64,000 bases of DNA from Moniliella sp. 'wahieum'. Its lineage: Eukaryota. The notes below the pieces were generated by a model that ran no database searches, was not told the origin of the DNA, and saw only the letters and a list, made by a program, of their open reading frames with translations. Below, one piece after another: positions 52,493 through 64,000 of this stretch. Position 1 is the stretch's first letter, and each line of letters opens with the position of its first letter. Where the stretch lies: NCBI GenBank assembly GCA_003971905.1, contig RSEE01000014.1, positions 124,001 through 188,000 of the forward strand, read 5' to 3'. The position numbers and the translations under genes were made by a program.

Positions 52493-52658
52493 CTCCATCC
52501 ATCCATCCATCCATCCATCCATCCATCCATCCATCCATCCATCCATCCATCCATCCATCCATCCATCCATCATCCATCCATCCATCCATCCATCATCCAT
52601 CCATCCATCCATCCATCCATCCATCATCATCCATCCATCCATCATCCATCCATCCATC
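52493..52658. repeat. (CCAT)n/(ATGG)n microsatellite with occasional CAT units
   Basis: About 165 bp of near-perfect tetranucleotide repeat. Confidence 0.97.
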
Positions 52659-53650
52659 CTTTGTCCCATCAACACTTGTTGGGAGAGATGGTACCCCCGG
52701 CACCACCAACCCCAGTGAGCGCGTCGACAAGGTGCAATGCATGGCTCTCCTTGGCGCAGTGTGTTGATAGGGCATAGCAGCCCCGAATGCTCAAGCGCAC
52801 GATCCGAAGCGCCCTGAGTGGACGACGCATTGGGCCATGGGCGACGGCCGTGGTGGTGGCGTAAGGGCTCGGGGCACCATAGGGAAACATTGGGCCAAAT
52901 GCGGCAGGCATATGGGAAGGCCGAGACCCGGGTGAGAGGGTGTGGGGGTGGACCTGCCAGTGACGGGTTGACGCTGGGACCACCATCCGAGCCACCTGCT
53001 GGGCCTGTTGGCGTTCTAGGCTGGTCGGCAGCTGTCCCGGAGTCAGCTTGTGCCATTGAGATAGCCTTGGGTTTCGCTTGCCTACTCTGGCGTCGCAGTC
53101 TACTGAAGAAGGCATCTTTTGGAATGTAGATTCGTCTGCCGCCGCGTCGACGGTGCCCCTGAGGTGTAGGAAGGCAAGCGGATGAGATGGACATATGGAT
53201 GTCTCCAAGGCTGAGGTGATGCTCGGGCTTGCGACTGGTTTGGATAGGATATTGCGGGGCCGTGTGGCATGTGAGGCCTGGGGCCGTGGGATCGGAGAGA
53301 AGGAGCAGGGGCGGAAGCGGAAGCGGAAGCGGAAGCCAGCGGCCATCCCATAGTCTTCGAGGCCAAGGGCAAGCGTCCGCTCAACACGTGCAACACTTGC
53401 CCTCGCCCCGCGAGCGCATGGCAGCAGCGCGGTGATGGACGTGTGATGGTGGGCCGGGCGCCAAGCGAGGCAGGGGGGCAGTGCGACGACAGCGGTGGCG
53501 CGGCGCGCGCGGGTGGGCACTGGTCCGCAGTGGCCGCAGGGGGGCAGTGTCGCGCGCACTGCTGGCAGAGAAAACGGCAGGCGACCGCAGCTTTTTTCTT
53601 CTGCTGCTCCTCCTCCGCCTGTGTCCTCCCCATCCTCCCCATCCCCCACC

Positions 53651-56249
53651 ATGTCGGGCACGTCCAAGTACGCCCCCGCCGCCACCAGCTACGCCGCGGC
53701 CGCCGGCGCCGCCCCTGAGCCCGCCCCTCCAACGCCTCCCGCTGGGCGCCGCCCGCCACCGACGACCCTTTCCCCCCCTCGGCGCAGCTGTCGCTCCCGC
53801 TCCGCCTGTCAGTGGCGTCACCATCGTCTCTGCTGCCGAGGCAGCCGAGTCGGGCCCCAAGGAGGACACCACCGCGTGGCCTGCCAACCCTCACCTGACG
53901 CAGCCCTTCCTCTTCCTCTCCCACCTCCCCGCCCAGGCCACCAAGCACGACCTGGCCAACCACGTGTTCCAGCACTTCCTGTCAAGTTTGATCTCACCCC
54001 ATCCCCCGCATCCGATGCGGCGGGGGTGGTCCACTTTGACCGCATGTTCAATGGTACGTCTCCTACTCGGTGTGCCCCCACCTTTGCGTCCACGTCGTGG
54101 CAGGAGGGGACTGGCATTGACACCGCGCCTGCTTGCCAGCTGAACTGGCCTACGCCACCATCGACTCGCCCCATCTCTCCATCCGTCCCCCCTCGGAGGC
54201 GGACCCCGAATCCCAGTCCAAACGCCGACTCTTCAAGCAGCTTCCTCCTTCCACCTCGCCCACCGACCTCTTCCGCCTGCTGCGTCCCTATGGCCCGCTG
54301 CGCAAGGTAACTCTGATCATGACCAACCCCAAGACGGGCCAGCACACTGGCTTCCACGGCATGGCTACTGCCGACTTTTATTCCGAGGCCGATGCGCAGG
54401 TGGCAGAGCGGGCGCTGCATTGCGCCAATCTCGATGGTAACACCATCTCGTCTCGATTGACACCACTGTTCGTTCTACCCTTGACATTCGTGCGTCGGCG
54501 CCCGTCTTTGTCCCGCGGATCCATACCGCTGCTGAGACCGGGGCACAGACGAGCATGTACGCTCCCTCTGCCGGCTTCCCTACCTCGTCATCTTCCTTGC
54601 CCCCAGCTGGGTTTGACTACAACTACCTCTCCTCCCCGGCCAGTCCTTTGCCCCCAGCCTCCGGCCCACGCAAACTCATTGACCCTTGCAACCTATTCAT
54701 CAAGAATTTGGCCGCGGGCGTGACCAGCTCGGACCTGTACCAGGCGTTCACAGGGTACGGAGACATTGTGTCGGCTCGGGTTATGCGCGACGACCAGGGC
54801 AACAGCCGTCAATTTGGGTTTGTCAGTTTCAAGCAGCCGGACGAAGCGGACGAGGCGATGCGCGGGATGAATCGGCGCAAACTTCAAGGTAAAGCGATCA
54901 GCGTGAGCTTGCACGAACCCAAGATGCTCCGCCAAGAAAAGTTGGCAGCCAAATTTGCTGCGCAGAATGGGAGCGGTGCTCTGTCGCCGGGGGGTTGCCG
55001 CGGGAGCAACTCGATTACCTCGAGTGGAAGGGACTCGAACGATGGTGCGTCGCGCACGAGCGAGCCAAAGCGTACCCCCAAGTTGCAGCGCAAGCCTTCC
55101 AACTCTTATTTCCGCGCTGCCATGGAAGCCGACAACCGCGGCGAAACGTATACTGTGGCGCAACTGACCGCGCTGAGCGCTTCGGTCCGCAACGAGGTCT
55201 TGGCTGGTCTCTTGGCGCGCCGGATCAGAAAGTTGCCTGGATTCGATGAGGTGGCTGCAGAGGAAGGCGTGTACCACCAAGAGACGCCCGAAGAAAGCTT
55301 AGCCGCCGCCAGGCTCTACTGGCCAAGGCTGCCCGCGGCGGCGAGGCATCGAGTGACGAGCCGGATCAGATCAACTGGACCGACGAGGAGGTGCATGAGA
55401 TTGTAGAGCAGCTGGTTGCCAAGTTGTCCCTTGCCCAAGCGGTCGAAGCATTGGAAAACCCCGAAACGTTGCTGCGGCATACGCTGCACCATGCCGTATG
55501 GAAGACGTTCGTCCGCTCACCCCGCAAGCCATGAGCCAGCGCACCCACTCGTCCGACTCGGTCCGGGACACGACCCTGGCCACTTCCCTCGACATGTCCT
55601 GCTGCCAGTTTGACTCCGGACCTCCGCCCGCCCGCGCCGCAGTCGGGCGTAAGCGAGCGGTCCAAATTGTTGTCGGCGGTGCGTGGACTGGGCCTCCCCG
55701 TCGCCTTGGCGGAGGACATTACGGGTCTGCTCGTTGACCTGCCCAAGAAGGAACGCGCAATGTGCCTGTTCAACCGCGACTTTTTGTTCAGAAAGTCGAG
55801 GAGGCACGCGTCATTCTTACCCTCAGTGACGATGAGGAAGAAGACACAGCTTTCACCTCTTCCGCTGCGCCTTCTCCTGCCCCGGCACCTACCCCCATGC
55901 CTGAACCAGCCAAGGAACCTAAGCCCGACCTAACTACGCTCGCTGCGCTCCCAGCGGCGCAGCTGGTGGAACAATTGCAAGCGGGTGCATTGGCACCTGA
56001 GGTGCTGCCTGCCTCGCCAGAGCAGTGGCAGGCGACCGAAACGTTTGTTGCGTCCCTGGCCGGCTTGGCAGCGAGCGATGCCAAGCAAAAGTTGGGCGAC
56101 CGCGTGTTCAAGGTGATCAAAGCTGGAGGAATCAAGGCGCGCCCAAATTGACCATTGCCCTGCTGGACTCGGAAGACTTGCGTACCCTCGCTCATTTGGC
56201 CGACTCGTTCCCCTCGGCCTTGCGGGCCAAGGCACTGTTACTCAAGTAA
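53651..56249 (+). CDS. rrm4: Rrm4 endosomal mRNA-transport protein (3 RRM + 3 MLLE-like domains); intron 54054-54139
   Basis: PHLTQPFLFL, KQLPP..LRPYGPLR, HTGFHGMA..FYSEADA, DPCNLFIKNL, IVSARVMRDD, LHEPKMLRQEKLAA, LPKKERAMCLFN and KQKLGD..GAPKLTIALLDSEDLRTLAHL are collinear with Ustilago Rrm4 as I recall it. Confidence 0.93.
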
Positions 56250-56665
56250 GCGCTCGGTCGGCCTCTGCCTCTGCCTCTCCCTCTGCCTCTAGCTCTACCT
56301 CTGCCTCAGCTCTAGCTCTACCTCTGCCTTCGCTCCGTCTCCCATTCTCGTTTCTTTCTTGGTCTTCGTCTTTCTTCCCATTCCTGTTTTCGGTGTCTTG
56401 GCGCCCCAGTACCCTTTTTATCCAATTTCAGTACCCTTTATCCACTTTCCCCATCCACTTCCCCCCAATCAACGTTCCCCATGAAGTTCATGCCATCATG
56501 CGTCAGGCAGCCTCAGGGTTGCAGGCCTATGTGATGGGGCTATGTGAATCGTTCCGGCCTCAGGTCGAGTTGTGCATCAACCCCCCAAAAAGATGAACGT
56601 TGAGTACTGAGTGCTGAGTTGAAAATCTGTAGCCACATGGAATCCGATTGACCTCGTCTTGCGTC

Positions 56666-57747
56666 TCACCACGCCATCTGGCGCGAAGCGGGCTGCGTCT
56701 CGTGTTCGTACTCGATCTCGAGCCCGGGCTTGCCTGTGGTTAAAGCGCATCAGTATCAGTTTTCCGTGTGGGGTCTCCCAGGCCAAAGAAGAAGACGTAC
56801 CTTTTTGTTCTTCTTGCCCTTGCGGTCGGGGGCAGATCCGCGCTTGGTTCCCCTTGACGGAGCAGGTCCCTTGCCCTTCTTGGATTTTGGTGCGTCATCC
56901 TCTTCGCATCGTCGTCCGACTCCTCCTCCTCCTCGTCCGACGATCCAATCGTGTTGCCGTCCGAGTCAAAGAACCGTCCATCCCCTCCACTTCGTCCGAC
57001 CCTTCGTCCTCGACTCGTCCTCGTCCGAGTCGTCCGAGACAAACTCACGTTGGCCTACCAACGCCTCGTCTCATCCCAAGCCTCGTCCATCGCATCCAGC
57101 TCCTCTTCTCTTCCTCTTCGCTCTCCTCGTCCTCAAGGTCCAGCTCCTTCTCCGCCTCGCGCTTCTGGTCCAACACCGCCCGCCACACATCCTCGTTGAC
57201 GTTCAGCGGCATCGCCATACGCGCCACTCTTCAGTCGTTCCAGCAGTTCCTTCTCGATGACTTTTCCAAATGAGCCGCCTTGAGCGCTTTGCGTTCGCGC
57301 ACCGCTTCCCGTCGCTCGGTCTTCTTCTTGATTCCGACGAGAGCTGGCTGGGACTCTTCCTTGGCCTTGATGCGGCGCAACTTGATCAAGTACTGCGTGA
57401 TGCGGGTAAGACGTTGTTTGGTTTGTTGTGCGTGATAAACCGGGGCCAGTAGACCAACTCTCATCGATCTGCTGCAACGCTTTGGCATAGTTGGTCGACA
57501 AACGGATCCGCTCCCATGCACGCGCAGGAAGGTGAGACCGCTCAGCCGTCTTGACGTACAGGTACACCACCCCGCCTTGCTCGCGCACCGTCGCATACGC
57601 ATTGTTGGCCAACGGACAGGACTGCCGGTTGCACAACCCGGTCAAGTTGTACTCGTTCCGGCAGAAGGACTCGTGCGTCGGCGCACGGATCTTGTACGAG
57701 CAGAACTGGGTGCCGATGACGGACCAGACCACGTCTTCCGACTGCAT
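56666..57747 (-). CDS. MAK16: Mak16 60S ribosome biogenesis factor
   Basis: MQSEDVVWSVI..FCSYKI, FCRNEYNLTGLCNRQSCPLAN, KQRLTRITQYLI, IEKELLERLKSGAYGD and an acidic tail ending LEIEYEHE..AW. Confidence 0.96.
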
Positions 57748-57850
57748 TGTTCGGTTGGTGCACGCTCAAGGGAGGGCAACGGTGGAGGGTGGTGGGTGGT
57801 GGGGTGGGCCTGCTGGGTCGGTTGGGTCAGCCAGGCCGAGGGCAGGGAGC

Positions 57851-57860
57851 GAAAAATTTT
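57851..57860. promoter_or_regulatory. RRPE-like element GAAAAATTTT
   Basis: Matches the ribosome-biogenesis RRPE consensus, about 105 bp upstream of the MAK16 ATG, in otherwise GC-rich DNA. Confidence 0.55.
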
Positions 57861-58129
57861 GGGCCTTACGTCAGATGGCCGATGTTTGTGTTTGAAATGC
57901 GGCGTCGAGGCGCCCCTTGGAGCTTGAAACTTGAATATGCACACTGCACCCCGCCGCCAGATTTGAAGATGAAGATTGAAGATTGAAGCTTCAACCTTCA
58001 ACTGGCCGCTGGCAGAGCGAATGCCTCCACCACCAGCCAGCCTCCACCCATCCCATCTCCATCATCCTCATCCACCCCCATCCCCACCCCCATCCCACCC
58101 CATCCCCACCCCATCCCCACCCACCCCAC

Positions 58130-61100
58130 ATGGGCCATCCACGCACCCACATCCGCGCACGAAAAGCACGCCCGCTCACCATCCAGCGCCCCCCCCCGAC
58201 GCCGCCGCCCTCGCCCCCCCACTCGCACCCCCGCCCCACCCAGACAACACTGGGCTGCGCCTCAGTGGCGCCGCCCTGGCGCGCCCCCGCCCCCCTCCCA
58301 CCCCCCCTGGATTGCTGACCTGGTCCGCCCTTTGACGGCCTCACCCCCACTCTCCCCCCCGACCGCGTCCTCTTCTCGGTCCTGACCCAAGGCAATTCCG
58401 AGGGCGTGAACAGTGCGCTGTTTCGATGGACCCGGTCCCAAAGCGAGGCATTCGACCAATTCCTCGACGCTGTCCTCGCCTCCTCCTCCCTGCCCTCGAG
58501 TGACCAGGGCATCACCTCTCCCTCGGGCAGGCTGATGGTGGTCTCGCACTTGACTCGTCTCGTCGGCATCGCTGGCTTGGCCCGCTACTTTGGTCATGTG
58601 TATGGCGTAGATGGTCTATCGGTCGCCCAGTCGTCCCGGGCCCTGGACGTACTGTGCGATCTGTGCGAATCATCCGACGTGCCAACTCGTAAGATTGGCT
58701 ACCGCGGCCTTGTCCATCTCTTGTGCCGACCCTTCGCTGCTGAAGCGCACAGCGGACGTGCTGTGTCAACTGCTCACTGCACCGCAAGAGCCGAACGTGC
58801 TACCGTACGCGCCTCCCTCCGTGCCCTCCTCCGCCTCGACCCACGTACCACCATCGATGCCATCTTTGATCCGGACATTCAATCGGTACCTGCCTTGCGC
58901 CAAGTCGCACTTGCCTTTCTGGTTGGCGAAGCCACATCCCGTCCCCTGCCCGACGCGCAGGACGAGGACCAAAAGGAGGACGCCTACTTTTTCTCGACAG
59001 AGGACCCCCCCGCCGCCTTCCTGGACCAACTTGAGGCCGACCCACTCCTCAGCTCGTCTAGCACAGAAGTGTGTAGAACGGTTGGTTGCCCGTACCAAGG
59101 CCGAGGCGGACGACGCAACGGCGCTCACTGCTGCTTGGGAACACGATCCGAGCGAAGAAAATCTCACTCCGCTGTTGGTGTGCGATGCTGCCCTATCTAT
59201 GGGGCAAGCAGGCACCAAAAGCTGTCGTGACCCTCTTTGACCACTTGAGGATGTTGCTTTTGGATGCATTGGCGTTGCTGGCGATGGAGAAGCTCATCGT
59301 TCTTCTAGAGCGGGAACGGGTGCCTGTGGGAGAAGCTGAGGCAGTGTTTGAGGTGCTGCGGACGCCTACCCCGCACCCCTTTGTTTGACGGGCAAACTTT
59401 GCTCCCTTCCCTCTTCGTGGCCGCAAAAGCAGCATGGATGGCACTGTCGCAACCGCGCGATGAGCATGGCATCTTCTCGGTTGATGAGGGTGGGATGAGC
59501 TATTCTTTGCCGCCTCCCGAACCTCCTACCACTGTGGAGACAGAACCCAGCACAGCGCCCTTGGTATACAAGCGGTGCAGGATTTGATTGCTTACCTCTC
59601 GCCCACTCGCGCCACGCGGGGAAGTGAGTGCACAAGTACTCTACGAACGGTTCCGTGCTCTCTGATCGGTACCGACACTGGCTCTCTCATCTCGCTCGTG
59701 TCGGATGGAATGCGTGTGCCACTGATTCGAATTGCCTCGCTCATTGCGCTTGCGCGACGGCAGGCAGCATCCGCAACGCTTCCTCGGGCGCGTACGATGC
59801 TCACATGAGCGACTCCCTTTTCTCTGCTCTTCGCTCACTTGGTTCCCCTACCCACCTCCTCGCTACCACCCTCACCGACGCCGCGGTATCGGCCTGGAGG
59901 TGGCTGAGGCAGCGCTGTGGGCCTGTCGATGGCTCTGCCATGTGTACGTGACCACTCTTCCTTGCCTCCTCTCTGCTTTTGTCCAATTCTTTCTTGAGCG
60001 CCACTAACTGACGCTCCTGTGGGCTTGTGCTACAGCGGCCGCGGCTCGGTGCGTTTGGCGTTGCCTGGGTCACCGATACCCCGGCAGGCCAAGTACTGTG
60101 CCAGCAATGGGACACGCTACCTCTGCTAGTTCGGCTGTGGTGCACTCTGTGGCCAAGCAGCCTGCGTCCGAACGCGCTTACCTCTCCTCCCTTGTCCGGG
60201 GAATTGCCAAGGTCGCTCAACCCTGACGCTCCCGCCGGCCGAACGGGGGCGCAGGAACTGCATCCGGTCTGGTTGAGCGTATCGGTTCCGCTGGCTCTAC
60301 CACTGCCTGCGACACTGAATGCCATTGCGACGGCGCCGGGACAAGGACAAGAGATGCGCGGTAAAGCTGCCAACGGCAAGCGGTCCCGCTCTCCCGCTCA
60401 CTACGATAATGATATGGACATGGAGGATGGCGCGCCTTCCGCACCCAAGGATCCCTCGAAGACCATCAAATCGAAGCACGCTCGCTCTCCATTCGTGGCG
60501 CGCACAAACGAGCTCGTCCGGACGTGCACACAAAATCGTATCCATTCGCGGAAGCGCACAAATACCTGCGCCTCCACCTACTTTGGCGCATGCACCTCCC
60601 GCTGCACCTGTACATCTGTTCCTGTACCGTCCTGCTCCTGCTCCTGCTCCTGCTCCTGCACCGGCTCCTGTGCCTGCTCCGACTCCGGCTCCTGCACTTG
60701 CATCTGCGCCGGTTCCCGCGTCTGAACCACCTCGATCAGGTGCAGCGAACCTTCCGCGCTGAACGCCACCGTCTCCTTCGTCCTGTCCCTGCACCCGCCC
60801 CTGCTCCCGTACCTGCCAAGGTCCACGCGGCCGCGGCGCCATCAAGGGCCGCTTACATTCCGACCCCTCGGTCCAGGGCGAAGGACAGATCCAAGCGCGC
60901 ACCGCGGCCACTCGTGGTGGTCGACACCATGTCCGGACCCGGGGCGCGTCCCACCGCCACCGCGCCAGCCTCCAATGGGCATTCCCCCTCCCTCGGGAGG
61001 CAGGATGCGCAGACGAGAACTCTTGCCGCGCTAACGGTGGTGGTAATGCGGTAGCCCAGGGTACCGGGTAAACCTCGCCTGGAACACGACCCGGACGCGG

Positions 61101-61170
61101 GTGTGAGAACCGGGAACCGGAACCCGGAACCGGTGCCGGGACGCGCGAAAGGGAAGAACGGCAGCAGTAA
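58130..61170 (+). CDS. Apoptosis inhibitor 5 (API5/AAC-11)-like helical-repeat protein with Pro/Ala-rich tail; intron 59944-60035; ends approximate
   Basis: LARYFGH..ALDVLCDLCESSDVPTRKIGYRGL..KRTADVLCQLL..VRASLRALLRLDPRTT parallels the recalled API5 N-terminal pattern (DLCEDED..IR, ADILTQLL). Confidence 0.7.
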
Positions 61171-62638
61171 TCGAGTAATCCAAAGGACAAGGCAATCGAA
61201 TCGAATGGAATCGATTGAGCGGGGTCGTTCGTACATTGCCCACTAGAACCCAGCGGTAGGCAGGGCTCACGCGCCTCACGGGCAGAGCCTGGCAAGCTGC
61301 GCGACGCAGAGTAATACGCACCAAAGCGAATCCAGCACCGTAGTCAATAAAACATCGCCCCCTCGGGCCACGGTCGAGACCACCTGCTAGCCACGCACGA
61401 CGCAAGCGCACCCGGGAATAACCATCCCTGACAGAATAATTCGATGAATCAGATGCATGGCGCAGGATGCATGACATGCATGACCGGTGACCCCCACGAC
61501 ACTAGCCGGGAGCCACGACACTTGTGGGCCCAAGAGGCAGCGTTCGTTTCTCAGTCATAAGTCATTGCTCATTAGCTCACTGGCACTCGAGGCCAACCGG
61601 GAGTCATTAAGTCATTGTCCCATGTCCTGGCCCAACTAGCAACGAGCAGATAGACAAAGCTATTTCGGGTCCAAACAACATGTCCCACACACGCCCAGCG
61701 AGTTCGACAGACCCACAGCGCGGCCACAGCGCTGCAGCGCGTATGTGCAGTGGGACTGAGTACTGAGTACTGAGGAGCCCCGGCAGGTGTTGTGTTGACG
61801 TTGATGCAATCGATTATCGATATCTGCTGCTTCGAGATCCAACGGCCTCTCCAACCTCCGCCGAGCAAGGCCAAAAACAGGCCTGCATATAGTAATTTGG
61901 CCTTTCTCCCTCGCGCGACGCGCAAGTGTGGGCTGATATGTGTCTCTCCTCGCTGGTGTTGATTCTTGGGTGTATCCGTACCCAGTCTAAGTTGGCCGTA
62001 TTGCACCAAGAGAGGCAGGGTGCAGTCCCATCCTGAAGATTGTGCACTCCATTCAGGGCATACTTGTGTTTTCAATCGACCGACGGCGTGGAGAGAGGAA
62101 TGAGAGAGAACGCGACAGGAAGAAGACCAGGTTAGGAGTGATGGTGCCAGAGAGACGCGTTTGTGCATCAGGGAGGGAGGTGGACCTCACCTTGAGGAAC
62201 TCGGGTACAAAGGAGGCCAACGCGGGTCCCCATGGTCGCACCCAAGCCACCCCCTTCTTCTCTCTGGTCGTATGCATGCGATGCGCGCGGGGTAATACAC
62301 GGGTAATAGTCATGGCTCCTTGATCGATCAACAACAAGTGGAAGACTGGGGATTCCATATTCCCTCGTATTCGGATCAGACTCCTTGGATAGATGCGGTT
62401 GCACGTGCAACTGCATCGGAGATACCGGTTCAACCAAGTGATCGTCGAAAAAACGCTGGCACATTTCGGTGCTCCTCGGCTTCAGACCTGCTTCCGGTCT
62501 CAGGCCTCTCATATAACCCTCGCAGGGTGGATACCTGCGCCCGATTTTTTCCTGCGCCGGCCCCACCTCCCGTACTAACCTTAACGTCTTCAACCCCGTT
62601 ACGCGTTACGCTCTCTCCGTCCGACCCCTCTCTCTTTC

Positions 62639-64000
62639 ATGTTCCCAGCGCCTGAACAGGCGGCGGCTGCCGTCCATCCCACAATAGAGGGCACTCGCCC
62701 TACCGACGACGAAACCAGCACTTTGGTATCCCAACCGAGCATTGGGACGAGCTTGACGATGCAGACCGCGACTTGATCCGCGTCGCCTCTCGCCAGGGGG
62801 GCTTATCCCCCGTCCATTCCCAAGACACGATGGGTGGTGATCCTGAGAAGGGAATTGGTCATGCCATGCCGGCGGCTAGCGAGACCAAGACGGACAGCCT
62901 GCCCCATACTGACCTTGAGGCTCACAATCAGTGGGCCGATCTGGGCTTGTGCCTCTTTCCTTCACAGCAGCAAAACAAAGAACAAATTATCGTTCATTGG
63001 GAGTCCAATGACGATCCCGAAAACCCCTTGACTTGGAGCCCAGTTTATCGGTACGCTCTTGCTCGTCCCGGACCTGTTTTGTGTCGACCCTGAGGACCAA
63101 AACTGACGCTTTTTTTGTGGATTGACAATACTAGCGGTACATTACCATGCTGGTCGGTTTCCTGGTCTTCAACTCGACTTTTGTTTCTACTATCCCCCAG
63201 GGCACGATGGAACAAATCTTGGTCAAGTTTCACGTGTCGAAGAAGTGGGACATTGGTCATCTCGGTGACGTCTATCGTTGTGCCCCTCCCGTATGTGTGT
63301 TTTACTTGCATATTATCACTTTGCCTCCCCTCCTGTTTCTGTCGGAGAGTGTACTTACCATACGTGTTGCCTTAACTACAGATCTACGTCGCAGGATATT
63401 TGTTGGGCCCATTGATTTGGGCGCCTCTGACAGAAAGAGTCGGCCGATACACCTTCTGTTATAGCCCTCGTCGGATTTGTCTCCTTCAACTTGGGGTGCG
63501 CGCTTTCGAAAAATATTGGGTCCTGCTCGTCTTTCGATTTTTGACGGGTGTGTTTGGCGCCTGTCCCCTAACCACTGCAGGTGCTGTCCTCTTTGACATT
63601 TGGAAACCCAGGGTACGTCCCCCCTTTATGAAGGAAGTTACAGTTGGTAGCGGAGCGCAAGCTGATTCATCCCCCACCCTTCCCAGCCACGTGGGTATGC
63701 GATGGTTTCCTTCTCGCTTGCTCCTTCGGCCGGGCCAGCGTTGGGCCCGATCGTTTCAGGTGCAATTCAGGTAACAGGTACGTCATGGCGCTGGGCGTTC
63801 TATGTGTCCGTCATCTTCAGTGGTGCCATGCTACTGCTTACTACCCTGACGCTTCGGGAACCTGCCCGGTTCTCTTGGCTCGCAAAGCACTTCGCCTTCG
63901 TAAAACGCACAAAGACGAACGCTACGTTGCACCAATAGAGCTAGTCGAATTTAAGCCCAAGGACTTTGCCTATCAGCTTTTTCTCAAACCTTTGGTCATG
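62639..64000 (+). CDS. MFS multidrug transporter, DHA1 family (3'-partial; several introns; start uncertain)
   Basis: VHWESNDDPENPLTWS, GPLIWAPLTERVGR, LLVFRFLTGVFGACPL and GPALGPIVSG..SWRWAF. Introns near 63051-63134, 63291-63381 and 63613-63687. Confidence 0.9.

Noticed and set aside
52259..53194. 311-aa ORF with WMDG repeats
   Set aside because: The repeat portion is the translation of the (ATGG)n microsatellite, and the rest has no recognisable motif.

Overview
GC-rich, intron-poor fungal nuclear DNA. It is a basidiomycete, most likely Ustilaginomycotina, judged from a clear Rrm4 orthologue and a zinc-finger-less WC-1. I identify 21 protein-coding genes, in order: RING-H2 protein, F-box orphan, L-type lectin, WC-1 LOV photoreceptor, RPC1, GSK3, SmgGDS/Bem4-like ARM protein, homocitrate synthase, RPS4, NAD kinase, SKI8/WDR61, CaMK, SmB, ATG10, TMEM115, SHY1/SURF1, TUP1, RRM4, MAK16, API5-like protein and a partial DHA1 MFS transporter. 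There are also two intron-containing tRNA-Glu(CTC) genes and a (CCAT)n microsatellite. Most genes, including essential ones, carry 1-nt indels, so the sequence looks like an unpolished long-read assembly. Gene ends are therefore approximate and were reconstructed across frames by eye. The most interesting observations are: (1) a window-wide non-coding pattern of TGA/TCA triplets alternating with variable 4-bp palindromes (7-bp period); (2) a box C/D snoRNA in the RPS4 intron and a second, longer C/D-like candidate upstream of RPS4; (3) a decayed bacterial-type metallo-beta-lactamase-fold gene fragment; (4) a compensatory base change between the two tRNA introns. All family assignments come from recalled motifs, not database searches.
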